Assembly: GCA_963804165.1 (NCBI GenBank)
Contig: CAWDPO010000041.1
Location: forward strand, 32,001-96,000
DNA length: 64,000 nucleotides
DNA from: an uncultured delta proteobacterium
Lineage (GTDB): Bacteria > Desulfobacterota > Binatia > UBA9968
Direction: 5' to 3'
Part shown: positions 10,506 through 20,651 of the stretch, piece by piece
How the letters are laid out: every line of letters begins with the position of its first letter
Numbering within the stretch: position 1 is the first letter of the stretch
Program-made: the position numbers and the translations under genes
Notes under the pieces: generated by a model
Databases searched by the model: none
What the model was told of the DNA's origin: nothing
Seen by the model: the letters and a program-made list of their open reading frames with translations, nothing else

Positions 10506-12200
10506 ATGGGGAGCCGCTTTAATTCCCAGTCCCTGATTCTTGTAGGTTGCACCCTTTTTGTTCTTTACCTCGCCGGGGTTCCGCTTGTGATGCTGCTCTA
10601 TGGCAGCATCAGGAGCGCTCCCATCGGGGAGCCGGGCGCGACCTACACGATTCAGAACTACGTCAAAGCCTACTTTGATAAAGAATTTTATTTGCTTCTG
10701 CTCAACTCGGTCTATTACGCGCTCGGCACTTGCACGTCTCACCTTTCTGATCGGAACGTTTCTCGCGTGGGTGAGTGAACGGACGAATACCCCGTTCAAG
10801 AAACTGTTCGTCGTCATGTCGTTGATCCCGTTTATTATACCCGGGATCCTGAGCACGATTTCGTGGATACTTCTGCTGAGCCCGAAGATCGGCCTGATCA
10901 ACATCGTTGTCAAAGAAGCCCTGGGTCTGGAGTCGGCGCCGTTCAACGTCTATTCCATGTGGGGCATGATCTGGGCGGAATCGATTCATCTTTATCCCCT
11001 GGTTTTTCTCTTGATGTCCGCGTCGTTTCGCAACATGGATACGTCGCTGGAAGAGGCGGCGCTCACCGCCGGATCGAGCACTGGGCAAACTTTTTGGCGG
11101 GTGACGTTGCCGCTGATGCGCCCGGCCATGTTCAGCGTGCTGTTGATCAATTTCATCCGTGGCATCGAAGCATTCGAGGTGCCGGCGCTGATCGGCGTGC
11201 CGGCTAAAATCTCGGTGTTCACGACCAAAATTTTTCTCGCGATTCATCAGTTTCCTTCAGATTTTGGGCTCGCCGGCGCTTATGCAGTCACGCTGTTGGC
11301 AATCAGTACCACAGGGGTGATCATTTACGGCAAGATCACGCGTCGCGAAGAGCGCTTCGCGACCGTAACCGGCAAAGGTTATCGGCCACGGGTCATCGAT
11401 CTGGGGCCGTGGAGATGGGTCACCTTCGGGATCGCCTCTCTAATATTTTTCTTGGCGGTCATTCTGCCGGTTTTTGTTCTCCTGTGGTCCTCGTTCATAC
11501 CTTATTATGGCGTGCCGTCGTGGGAGCTTGCGGCGAAAATGACGCTGGCGAATTACCAATACATCATTAACTATCCCTTGGCGTTGACTGCATTCAAAAA
11601 TAGCTTCTATCTATCGGTGGGTTCAGCGACGCTGGTGATGCTGCTCACATCGGTCATCGCCTGGATCACTGTAAAGACCAAGCTGCCCGGGCGCGGGTTG
11701 CTCGACACCGTCACTTTTATTCCGATCGCCATGCCGGGAATCGTTCTGGGCGTGAGTTTGATCTGGGTCTACCTTACTTTGCCGATACCCATTTACGGAA
11801 CGATCTGGGTCTTGCTGCTCGCGTACATCACCAAGTTCATGCCGTACGGCATCCGCGCCGCATCGGCGTCAATGATTCAAATCAACAAAGAGTTGGAGGA
11901 GGCGTCATTTACGGCCGGGGGTACTTGGTTCCAGACTTTCAGAAAAGTCGTCTTGCCATTGTTGATGCCCGGCTTCACGGCAGGATGGATTTACATCAGT
12001 ATTATCGCCCTGAGAGAACTGTCGACCTCCATCTTGCTCTATTCTTACAACAGCACGGTTCTCTCAATCATGGCGTTTGACCTCTGGGAAGGCGGCCAGT
12101 ACACCTACGTGTGCGCTCTTGGTGTATGATGGTGCTTTTGCTGGTCACCATGGCGTTTACCGCGCGAAAACTCGGCGCCAAAATCGGTATCGCGGAATAA
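10506..12200 (+). CDS. ABC transporter permease, FbpB/iron-thiamine type (indels near 10737 and 12125)
   Basis: Two EAA loops (LEEAALTAG, LEEASFTAG); N-terminus in frame of ORF 10410-10778; C-terminus continues MMVLLLVTMAF..IAE-stop at 12200. Confidence 0.85.
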
Positions 12201-12267
12201 TCGTTCGACTTGAACCTGGTCCGGTTGTCGGCGCGCGCTCTGCGGCAGCGGGCCATTGGGAGGAGAC

Positions 12268-13416
12268 ATGGCAGAAAAAAGAGACATGGTGCAGATCGAA
12301 TCGCTGGAGAAATACTTTGGCGAGGACAAAGAGCGGGTGCATGTTCTCAAGGGCGTAACGCTGAATATTCCCGAGGGGTCGCTCTACACCTTTCTCGGCC
12401 CCAGCGGATGCGGCAAAACCACGACACTTCGCTGCGTGGCCGGGTTGGAGCGGCCGGATGGAGGCAAAATCAGCATTGCCAGCCAGACGGTGTTCGCTTC
12501 GGGCGAGCGGGTCTACGTGCCGACCAACAAGCGGCCGATCGGCATGGTGTTCCAGTCCTACGCGATCTGGCCGCATATGTCGGTGGCGGAAAACGTCGCC
12601 TATCCGTTGACCATCCAGCGCCGTCCTAAGGATGAGATCAAGCGTCGAGTCAGTGATGTCTTGAAAATCGTCGGGCTCGACGGCTTGGAAGATCGCCCGG
12701 CGCCGAAACTTTCCGGCGGCCAGCAGCAGCGGGTCGCCTTCGCGCGGGCGCTCATCAACGAGCCCAAAGTGATGTTGCTGGATGAGCCGTTAAGCAATCT
12801 TGACGCGAAGTTGCGCGTGCAGATGCGCTCCGAGATCAAAGCGCTGCAGCGCCGAACCAACATCACGACGATTTTCGTCACGCATGATCAGGCCGAAGCC
12901 TTGGCCATCTCCGACCAGATCGCCGTAATGCACGGCGGTGTGCTGCTCGAGGTCGGCGCGCCGCATCAGCTATATTCCCGTCCGACCCGCCGCTTCACCG
13001 CGACATTTTTGGGTCTCACCAATTTGATCGACGGCAAGATCGTCGAGCTCAGCGGCGATCGCCAGCCGGGAAAAATCCAAACCAAAAAAGGTATTCTCTC
13101 TTTCATCCCGGCGCCAGGATTGAAGAAGGACCAAGCGGCGGTGCTATCGATCCGGCCGGAAAACATTCCGCTTTTCAAGGATCGGCCGCAAGGGCTGGAA
13201 AATGTGTTGGAAGGAAAAGTGACCGAAGCGGTATTCATGGGCGACGCTTATCAGTGCAAAGTCGCCGTCGGCGACGATATACTGGCAGTGCACACTCATC
13301 CATTCAACGCCGTGAGTCCCGGCGATAAAGTTTATCTGCAGCTCGATCCGGCAAGCTGTAACGGTCTTCCCGCGGATGATAAGGAAGGTGTTGATGAATC
13401 GATATTAGGGGACTAG
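12268..13416 (+). CDS. ABC transporter ATP-binding protein (FbpC/PotA type with TOBE domain)
   Basis: GPSGCGKTT, LSGGQQQR, LLDEPLSNLDAKLR, THDQ.EA; GGAGGAG RBS before ATG 12268. Confidence 0.93.
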   Translation: MAEKRDMVQIESLEKYFGEDKERVHVLKGVTLNIPEGSLYTFLGPSGCGKTTTLRCVAGLERPDGGKISIASQTVFASGERVYVPTNKRPIGMVFQSYAIWPHMSVAENVAYPLTIQRRPKDEIKRRVSDVLKIVGLDGLEDRPAPKLSGGQQQRVAFARALINEPKVMLLDEPLSNLDAKLRVQMRSEIKALQRRTNITTIFVTHDQAEALAISDQIAVMHGGVLLEVGAPHQLYSRPTRRFTATFLGLTNLIDGKIVELSGDRQPGKIQTKKGILSFIPAPGLKKDQAAVLSIRPENIPLFKDRPQGLENVLEGKVTEAVFMGDAYQCKVAVGDDILAVHTHPFNAVSPGDKVYLQLDPASCNGLPADDKEGVDESILGD

Positions 13417-13454
13417 AATCCGCCTAAACCGAGTTTGAAAGGAGACTTATTGAA

Positions 13455-14945
13455 ATGACCGCACTAGAGGCTAGGAAACTAGCCGAAGACGAAATGAGAG
13501 CCGGGAAAACCCCGAAGTACACCGACCTGCGTGACTGGTTGGAGATTGTCGACAGCGTCGGCGAACTGAAAAAGATCGATGGCGCCGATTGGAACCTCGA
13601 AATGGGTACCCTGGCCGAGCTATTATCCCGCGAGACCAAAAGCGGCTCCGTGCCGGCGGTTCTATTCGACAACGTGCCCGGTTATCCAAAGGGTTTCCGC
13701 ACTCTGTTCGCCCAGAACGCTTCGTTCAAACGCATGGCTTTAAATTTGGGCCTGGACATGAACCTTTCCAGTCTCGATCTGGTTCGTGCCTTCCGCCAGA
13801 AGCTCGTCACGCACGAGCCGATTAAGCATAAGGTCGTCACCAAAGGCCCGATTCTTGAGAACGTCGATTCCGGCGACAAGGTCGACCTGCTTAAGTTCCC
13901 AGTTCCTTTCATGCATGAATTGGACGGCGGGCGTTTCATCGGCACGGCTTGCTTGGTGACCACTCGCGACCCGGATGAAGGCTGGGTAAATTTCGGTGCT
14001 TACCGCGGCATGGTCCATGACAAAAATAGCATGGGTCTTTACATCTCGCCCGGAAAGCACGGCAGCATTCAGCGCAACAAATACTTTGAACGCGGGAAGC
14101 CGTGCCCGGTCGTCGTTTCAGTCGGCCAAGACCCGGTGCTGTTCATGGTCTCCGGTAACGAGATCGACTACGGCGTGTCCGAGTTCGATTATGCCGGCGG
14201 TCTCAAGGGCGCGCCCATCGAAGTCATTGAAGGCAAATCCACGGGCCTACCGTTCGCGGCCCAGGCGGAAATCGTTATCGAAGGTTGGATGGACCCGACC
14301 GACAGGAAGACCGAAGGCCCATTCGGCGAGTGGACCGGCTACTATGCCAGCTCCAGCCGCCCGGAACCCGTGATCCGCGTCGAAAACGTTTACTACAGAA
14401 ACGATCCAATTCTTTGCTGCGCTCGTCCGGGCCGTCCGCCGTCGGATTATTCCATCGCCAAATGTATGGTGAAGGCGGCGTTGATTTGGGAGCAGGTTGA
14501 AAAAGCCGGTGTTCCCGATGTGAGAGGTGTGTGGTGTCACGAGGCCGGCGGCGGCCGCCTTTTCAATATTATCTCAATCAAACAGCGCTATCCGGGTCAT
14601 GCACGCCAAGCCATGTTGGTTGCTTCCCAAGTCCATGCTGGCGCGTACCTCGGGCGCTACGTGATCGTCGTCGACGAGGACATCGATCCGACCAACACTT
14701 TCGACGTGATCTGGGCTTTGGCCAGCCGTTCCGATCCGGTCGAGTCCATCGAAATTCTCCGCCGCTGCTGGAGCGGCCCCCTCGATCCGCGCATCCAACC
14801 GGGCAAGAAGGGCTTCAACTCCCGCGCGGTGATCGACGCCTGCCGTCCGTTCGAGTGGATGAAAGACTTCCCGCCCGTGGCCGAGTCTTCGCCTGAGCTG
14901 AAGGAGAAGATTTACAACAAGTGGAAGAAGGTTATCGAAGGATAA
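13455..14945 (+). CDS. UbiD-family prFMN-dependent (de)carboxylase
   Basis: N.G.YR, AEIVIEG, EGPFGEWTGYY, VVDEDID...V.WAL..R and IDAC motifs. Confidence 0.92.
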   Translation: MTALEARKLAEDEMRAGKTPKYTDLRDWLEIVDSVGELKKIDGADWNLEMGTLAELLSRETKSGSVPAVLFDNVPGYPKGFRTLFAQNASFKRMALNLGLDMNLSSLDLVRAFRQKLVTHEPIKHKVVTKGPILENVDSGDKVDLLKFPVPFMHELDGGRFIGTACLVTTRDPDEGWVNFGAYRGMVHDKNSMGLYISPGKHGSIQRNKYFERGKPCPVVVSVGQDPVLFMVSGNEIDYGVSEFDYAGGLKGAPIEVIEGKSTGLPFAAQAEIVIEGWMDPTDRKTEGPFGEWTGYYASSSRPEPVIRVENVYYRNDPILCCARPGRPPSDYSIAKCMVKAALIWEQVEKAGVPDVRGVWCHEAGGGRLFNIISIKQRYPGHARQAMLVASQVHAGAYLGRYVIVVDEDIDPTNTFDVIWALASRSDPVESIEILRRCWSGPLDPRIQPGKKGFNSRAVIDACRPFEWMKDFPPVAESSPELKEKIYNKWKKVIEG

Positions 14946-14971
14946 TCAACACTTCGACTGGGATTTTCAAT

Positions 14972-15003
14972 GGGGCGATCGTGATAAACGGTCGCCCCTT
15001 TTT
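14972..15003 (+). terminator. Rho-independent terminator
   Basis: GGGGCGATCG-loop-CGGTCGCCCC followed by TTTTT downstream of the UbiD gene. Confidence 0.75.
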
Positions 15004-15033
15004 CGTGACCCCGATTACTTCGAACCCAATTCA

Positions 15034-15063
15034 TTGACAGCCCTCTCAGCGCGGGACTATAAC
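15034..15063 (+). promoter_or_regulatory. Sigma70-like promoter
   Basis: TTGACA-N18-TATAAC, followed by GGAGG RBS and ATG 15090. Confidence 0.55.
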
Positions 15064-15089
15064 AAGTTAAGATCCGCGGAGGTGAAGCC

Positions 15090-15856
15090 ATGGGAAAATT
15101 AAGACATATCGCGTTTATTTCGCAGGAGCCAAAAAAGCTCAGCGATTTTTACCAGAAATATTTCGGCTTCGAAGAATGCAAAATTTTTCCCAGCGGCTCA
15201 CGTATGGTGATCGATCCGCTGTTCAATTTGGCTTTCCTGCAACGGGCAGCGGTCGAAGTGGCGACGGCGGGAACGCACCGAGCGGATGGCAGTGAAAATG
15301 AATTGACGATCGGCATCCATCACTATGGTTTTATGGTGGATGATCTCGACCAAGCGGTAGCAAAACTGCCGGCGAATTTAACCCGTGGGACGACACCGCA
15401 GGTTTCCGCCGGTGTCGGCGGTCCCGAAGGTGCACGGCCTGCCGAAGTCCGATTCCTCGATCCTTGGGGAAACAACGTCGATCTTTCGTCTCGCGGATTT
15501 CTCGGCAGAGAAGAAAAGAAACTTCCCGGCGTGCGGATGCTCGCCGTGCAAGTACCCGACTTGGCCGCGGCCTGTGAGTTTTACCAACAGCAGTTCGATT
15601 TACAGATCGTCGGTTGGAGTGATGATGGGACGATTCGTCTTAGCGATGGAACAGTGACACTACTGCTGACCAAGTCACAAGTGCGGCCGAAAGGCGGCGT
15701 CCAGTATTTTGGCATTCAAGTGAGCGATCTACCGGCGTTAAAAGACGCCTGCAGGAAGACGGGGTGGCGGTTTCGGAAGGGCCGAGCGATCAAATTCAAC
15801 TTATTGACCCGGAAGGAAATCGAGTAGTGATTTCCCAGTCCGGCTGGACCAACTAA
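15090..15856 (+). CDS. VOC/glyoxalase-family protein (one base missing in A-run near 15742)
   Basis: LRHIAF, HHYGF, DPWGN; shifting frame at the A-run restores RRLQEDG...LIDPEGNRVVISQSGWTN-stop at 15856. Confidence 0.8.
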
Positions 15857-15922
15857 AGTGTTAATGCCGTGAGAACGTCCCGCTTCTCACGCTTGATTCC
15901 TTAAGCGATTATCCGTCGCGAA

Positions 15923-16921
15923 CTAGGGCAGTCGTAGTTCCTTCTGAACTTCCCGGAGAATACTGAAATCGGCGATCTCGCTTAGTGGAATCTCTCGGGT
16001 AATCTTCACATCTTTTTTCGCCTGGTCGATTAGCAAATTCAGGCCGTCGGCGGGAATTCCGCCGTCGTGGCTGATCACTTTCACGGTCGCGTCGTAAGAT
16101 GCGTAAGCGTGTTCCGGTTTGGCTTTTGCCCATGCCATCAAGATTTTCACCGATTCTTCTCTATTTTCACGGATGAAACGGCTCGCCTTGATAAGGGCTC
16201 TGATCATTCTTTTTACTTGATCGCGGTTTTGTTCGATGGACTTGATATTCACACCGACACCCGATAGCGGGTAGTTCACATACTCGTAGGCGCGGGCGAG
16301 GATGTTGTACCCTAATTTTTTACCCTCAAAGTCCAACGGCGGAGAGGTTACTACTGCGTCGGCGAGTTTTTGTTGAAGGGCAGCGAAGCGGGCCGAGTCG
16401 GTTCCCAAAGGTACGAATTGGATTTCCTTTTCTGGATCGATGCCGTTGCGCGCAAGAATTAATCTCGCCAGCACATGGGTCGCATCGCCGAAGCCGGCGA
16501 GACCGACTTTTTTTCCGCTTAGATCCTTGATTGTTTTGATTTCGGGTCGGGCCAGCAACACGTGAGGCGAGCTCGTCATCAGGCCGGCAACCAGCCGTAC
16601 CGGCAGGCCGCGGATGGCGGCTCTAATGACCGTGCCTGTGAGCAGGGTGCCGTCGATATCACCGTTCGACAAGGCGGCGATCGAAGGGGCCGCGCCCATG
16701 ACGACAATTTCCGCGTCGAGTCCTTCGTCTCTAAAAAAGCCTTTGTGCAGCGCGACTCCTGAGGAAAGAAAGATCATGTTGTAGCCGCCGGACACCGAGA
16801 TGCGGATTTTTTCCGCCGCGTGACCAGCGGATGGGATTGCCAGAAAACATATCAGAAGGGCCGTGAGGTACGTCGAATAATTCAGCATCGGGAATTTCCT
16901 ATTAGCCGTCTCGATGTCCAA
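15923..16921 (-). CDS. ABC transporter substrate-binding protein (NMT1/SsuA type)
   Basis: Signal peptide; KGFFRDEGLDAEIV, DLSGKKVG, ARFAAL motifs. Confidence 0.85.
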   Translation of the reverse strand: MDIETANRKFPMLNYSTYLTALLICFLAIPSAGHAAEKIRISVSGGYNMIFLSSGVALHKGFFRDEGLDAEIVVMGAAPSIAALSNGDIDGTLLTGTVIRAAIRGLPVRLVAGLMTSSPHVLLARPEIKTIKDLSGKKVGLAGFGDATHVLARLILARNGIDPEKEIQFVPLGTDSARFAALQQKLADAVVTSPPLDFEGKKLGYNILARAYEYVNYPLSGVGVNIKSIEQNRDQVKRMIRALIKASRFIRENREESVKILMAWAKAKPEHAYASYDATVKVISHDGGIPADGLNLLIDQAKKDVKITREIPLSEIADFSILREVQKELRLP

Positions 16922-17114
16922 GTGTCAATAGCCGCGAGCGAGTCTCTAACGATCACGTACACGAAACACGATCAGGTTTATCGGACTTGACCCATTCCGT
17001 GCGACCGGTGTAGTTGTGGCGAAACAAAGACGGGCGTACGTGATACGCCCCTACGGAAATCCGTGTTTGCCGAATTGTTGGCTGGTAACATTTTGTTTTT
17101 TGAAGGAGGAATGT

Positions 17115-17489
17115 ATGCGCGTGCTCAAAATTAACGAATTAGCGGAAAAGCCGATGGACACCGCCACGCCGATCGCGGGATGGACCGGCGGAGAGGTGAG
17201 CCGGACCCGGCAAGCGATTATCGGCGACGGGCAGTCGGAAAATTTTCGCTGCAACGTGGTGAATTTTCGCGTTGGCGCGACGACGGGCTGGCATGTGCAC
17301 GACTGCGATCAGATTCTCGTCGTTACGGCGGGCAAAGGTTTTGCCGCAACGGAATCCGAGCAGCGGGAGATTACGGTCGGAGATGTCGTGCATATCAAAG
17401 CTGGTGAGCGCCACTGGCATGGCGCATCGGCAGAATCGCCATTGTCACATATCACGGTGACGACGGTCGGAAGCACTTCGAAGCATTAG
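17115..17489 (+). CDS. Cupin-domain protein
   Basis: WHVH..DQIL.V..G.G and GD.V.I.AGE.HWHGA; AAGGAGG RBS. Confidence 0.88.
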   Translation: MRVLKINELAEKPMDTATPIAGWTGGEVSRTRQAIIGDGQSENFRCNVVNFRVGATTGWHVHDCDQILVVTAGKGFAATESEQREITVGDVVHIKAGERHWHGASAESPLSHITVTTVGSTSKH

Positions 17490-17602
17490 CGCTTGTGTTG
17501 CGATAATCCCCCGGATGGGCTTAGTGTCAGGCCGGTGAAAACCGCCATCCAGAAAAGGCGCATACCATGCGCCCCTACGAAAATGCCCGGACTTTGGGAT
17601 CT

Positions 17603-18346
17603 TTAACGGCCCCCACGTTTCGTCTTGATCTCGTAACCGAACAGATCGCTGCGATAGAAACCGGCCGTGCGCAGAACAAGTTTCTTCTTGTGTAAATAAT
17701 TTCGCTCGACGAACAACACAGGGGAGCCGGTGGGGATTTCCAAGTGGGCCGAAACCTGGTGGTCCGCGAGCTTGGCGCTGACAACCAGCTTGAGGCCAGC
17801 AATCTTGATCCCCAGCCGGTCTTCAATGATGTTCGTGAGCGGCTGTTTCAGCAGCCGGTCTCGCGGGACCTTATCAAGCATGCGGGCGGGGACGTAGGAA
17901 TTCACGAACGCGAGGGGGCGACCGTATGCCATCCTCACCCGCGTGATCTTCGTGATTTTTTCATCCGCATCCAAGTTAAAATCTCGGCGCAGCTCTGGCG
18001 CGGCCGTTTTTGTGTCGATCCGCAGCACTTTGAAGCTCGTACCTTCCGGATTGATGCTCACAAGATTTGCCGCATCGATTTCGAGATTAATCGGCTGCTT
18101 GACCGGTCCGCTCCAGGTGACGAAAGTTCCCTTGGCGCGCTCGCGGCGCACCAAGCCTTCGCGGGTCAAGTCTGCGAGGGCTTGGCGAACCGTGATGACG
18201 CTAACGTCGAGGCGTCGCGCCAGATCCAATTCGCCGGGGAGCTGGAATCCCGTGCGCCATTCGCCCGATAAAATATTGTCGCGGAAAGCGGTCATGACTT
18301 TAAAGTAGAGCGGCACTGGAGAGGGAGAACTGCTAGCGAGGCGCAT
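17603..18346 (-). CDS. GntR-family regulator (HutC/UTRA type)
   Basis: LPGE..LA..L.VS..TVRQAL..L..EGLV.RE..KGTFV HTH followed by UTRA domain. Confidence 0.9.
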   Translation of the reverse strand: MRLASSSPSPVPLYFKVMTAFRDNILSGEWRTGFQLPGELDLARRLDVSVITVRQALADLTREGLVRRERAKGTFVTWSGPVKQPINLEIDAANLVSINPEGTSFKVLRIDTKTAAPELRRDFNLDADEKITKITRVRMAYGRPLAFVNSYVPARMLDKVPRDRLLKQPLTNIIEDRLGIKIAGLKLVVSAKLADHQVSAHLEIPTGSPVLFVERNYLHKKKLVLRTAGFYRSDLFGYEIKTKRGGR

Positions 18347-18382
18347 GTCGATTACCTATATGTTTGCAACAGGAGGTCAATT
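18336..18382 (-). promoter_or_regulatory. Promoter/operator-like segment, copy 1 (directly upstream of gntR ATG)
   Basis: About 37 of 48 positions identical to 19813-19860; minus strand TTGACCTCCT...CATATA...ACATGCGC. Confidence 0.5.
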
Positions 18383-18391
18383 TGCCGGATA

Positions 18392-19069
18392 TTATGGCGA
18401 GTTTTCCTTGGATCGTGCCGCGGCAGGAATTGTTCGTAGCGCTTCCAAGATCTGCTCGTTGGTGGGTCTCTTCTTATAGTCTGTTTCAATAAAGCGCCAA
18501 CGCACGACACCCTGTTTGTCGATGACATAAGTCGCCGGGTGCGGCCAGCCCTTGTTGTTCGGATTTAAGATTCCATACCGGTTGATGACCTTGTGATCTT
18601 TGTCTTCGAGTAGCGGAAAATCGAGATCGCCGGTAAATCTCTCTTTGAGTTTTTGCACGAATTTTTTCGAATCATCGTGACTGTCGACGCTGACCGCGAG
18701 GATTTGAACCTGATTTTTTTCCTCTTTGGTTAGGAGGCCTTTCAGCTCACCGAGCTGTTGTGTGCAGTAGGGTCACCATTGGCCACGATAAAACACCAAT
18801 ACAACATTCATTTTGCGATAGACTTCTGAAAGAGTAATTCTCCGTCCATCCAAGTTTTCAAGCGTAAAGTCCGGCGCGGTATCCCCGACTTTGACTCTCT
18901 CCAGGTCGGTCGGCGGCAGATCCGCGACGTCTTTAGGGCCTAATTGTGCATTAGCCACGGCAACGGCTAGGTAAAGGAAACTGAATGCAATCGTTATTGC
19001 TAAGCGGTTTCGGAAAGTAGAGCTTTCTCTTGGACGCTCGATACGCCAAATGTGTTTTCCCCACGTCAT
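18392..19069 (-). CDS. Peroxiredoxin-like (AhpC/TSA) selenoprotein with signal peptide; Sec TGA at 18773-18775
   Basis: Single frame (226 codons): GDTAPDFTL...LVFYRGQW-TGA-PYCTQQLGEL...LAVSVD...HPATYVIDKQGVVRW; TGA replaces the first Cys of CxxC. Confidence 0.9.
18743..18772 (-). promoter_or_regulatory. SECIS-like hairpin
   Basis: UGA-N15-CAGCUC GGU GAGCUG. Confidence 0.7.
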
Positions 19070-19214
19070 GGCAATTGTCTCCTTTCGTCACAAAGTAAAT
19101 CCAGATCATTTACACCGCTCGTTATCCAGCGTTACGTCACGGTCTATGAACGATATTCCGCGACAATAGGTTTCCGGATCGAGCAAATCGTCAAATGAGC
19201 ATCACAGCGCCCGC

Positions 19215-19706
19215 CTATTGTTGTTGCGCCTTTCTCTTTTTGAAGAACTGGATATGACTCAACGCGTCGGCGGCAACGATACGTCCGATGGGGCCGATAC
19301 TGTACGAGGCATCACACACCTTTTTGTCCGAATCCAGGATGAAATTCGTGGCGTGGATGATCTTTCTACGCTCTTCCCAGAAAGCGCCGACCTTGTCGGC
19401 GTCTCTCGGCACTTCAAGTCCATAGGCCACGGGAAAGGTGAGTTGCAACTTGTCGACGGTCTCTTTCGCTTTGTCCAAGGGGTCGACCGAGAGAGCCACC
19501 ACGTCGACATTTTCCTTTTTGAATTCTTCGATGTGGGATTGGTAGTCGGCCAACTGCCGCATGCAGTACGGTCACCAACTGCCGCGATAGAAAATCAGCG
19601 CGGCGTACTCGCCCGTGAGGTCCTGGGGCAGACGAAGTGTTTGACCGGCGGTCGTTTGCACCTGGTACTCCGGGAACGAATAGCCAAAGTTGAGCTGTCG
19701 TGCCAT
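19215..19706 (-). CDS. Peroxiredoxin-like selenoprotein; Sec TGA at 19572-19574
   Basis: Single frame (164 codons): MARQLNFGYSFPEY...LIFYRGSW-TGA-PYCMRQLADY...VVALSVD; GGGGAG RBS; the N-terminal part is too short for the ORF track. Confidence 0.9.
19542..19571 (-). promoter_or_regulatory. Weak SECIS-like hairpin
   Basis: UGA-N16-AGUU GGCC GACU at the position equivalent to the other Prx hairpin (alternative fold CGGC AGUUG GCCG). Confidence 0.45.
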
Positions 19707-19812
19707 ATATTCTCCCCTCAGAATTTAATCATCGAACTTCGAACCCCTGCGCAGTTGCGACGCTACCCACCGAACTTCGCGTTGCTCCAGGCGGTCATCG
19801 ACTTGGGATTTC

Positions 19813-19860
19813 GCGACGCGCATGTTGACTGCTTATATGATTAATAGTAGGAGGTCAATT
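19813..19860 (-). promoter_or_regulatory. Promoter/operator-like segment, copy 2
   Basis: Homologous to 18336-18382; lies in the divergent intergenic region of the selenoprotein cluster. Confidence 0.5.
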
Positions 19861-19929
19861 GATTTGTGTCGCTGGCGTGCTGTGTAAATTCGCCGCGGCG
19901 CGACAATTTTTATGGGGGAGGTTCTCATT

Positions 19930-20439
19930 ATGGCGGAGCATTCAGCAGGGAAGAGCGGCCAGCCGGGAGGAATGCCCGGCCGTCCGATCGGCACGGTGCG
20001 CGTCGATATCGCGCGCCAGGAGCACAAAACGTTCGAGGCGGTTTTCAAGACCGAGGACAAGTCATTTCAGCTCATGATCGACGAGCCGGAAATTCGCGGC
20101 GGCAAAGGCACGGGCCCGACGCCGCTGGGTTACTTCGTCACCGGCGCGGCTTCCTGCTTGATGATGCAGTACGCCAACGTTTTGAAGGAGAAGCCGATGC
20201 CGGTGGAAAGCATCAAGATGCTGGCGCGGGCGCACAACGACCGCGACGCGCGGGTCTTCACCGATATGATTTACCAGGTCGATCTCACCGGGTCGATCTC
20301 CGAGGCCGATGCGGAAACGCTGGCAAAGGCGGCCAGTGCGCGCTGCTTCGTAGAGAACACTATCGCCAAGGCGCTGCCGATCACGACAGAAGTAAGCGTC
20401 AATGGAAAAAAGGTCGTGTCGTTCACACGAAATAGTTAA
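19930..20439 (+). CDS. OsmC/Ohr-family protein (Cys form)
   Basis: DEP..RGG.G.GPTPL.YF..GAASC and downstream RCFVENT; GGGGGAGG RBS. Confidence 0.88.
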   Translation: MAEHSAGKSGQPGGMPGRPIGTVRVDIARQEHKTFEAVFKTEDKSFQLMIDEPEIRGGKGTGPTPLGYFVTGAASCLMMQYANVLKEKPMPVESIKMLARAHNDRDARVFTDMIYQVDLTGSISEADAETLAKAASARCFVENTIAKALPITTEVSVNGKKVVSFTRNS

Positions 20440-20475
20440 ATCGCCCATCCACCGCGGGAAGATTAGGAAATCACG

Positions 20476-20637
20476 ATGATCCACCTTTACTACTGGACTA
20501 CGCCGAACGGACACAAGATCACGATCTTCCTAGAGGAAGCTGGGCTGCCGTATTCGATCAAACCGGTCAATATTTCCGTGGTCGGCATGATACCGCGGTC
20601 GGGTGGGAAACGGTTAATCGACGCCTGCAACCGGTAA
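20476..20637 (+). pseudogene. Truncated GST N-terminus (YfcG/YghU-like)
   Basis: MIHLYYWTTPNGHKITIFLEEAGLPYSIKPVNIS then unrelated tail and TAA after 53 codons; TPNG motif of Nu-class GSTs. Confidence 0.75.
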
Positions 20638-20651
20638 GAGGAGAGCGGGTT

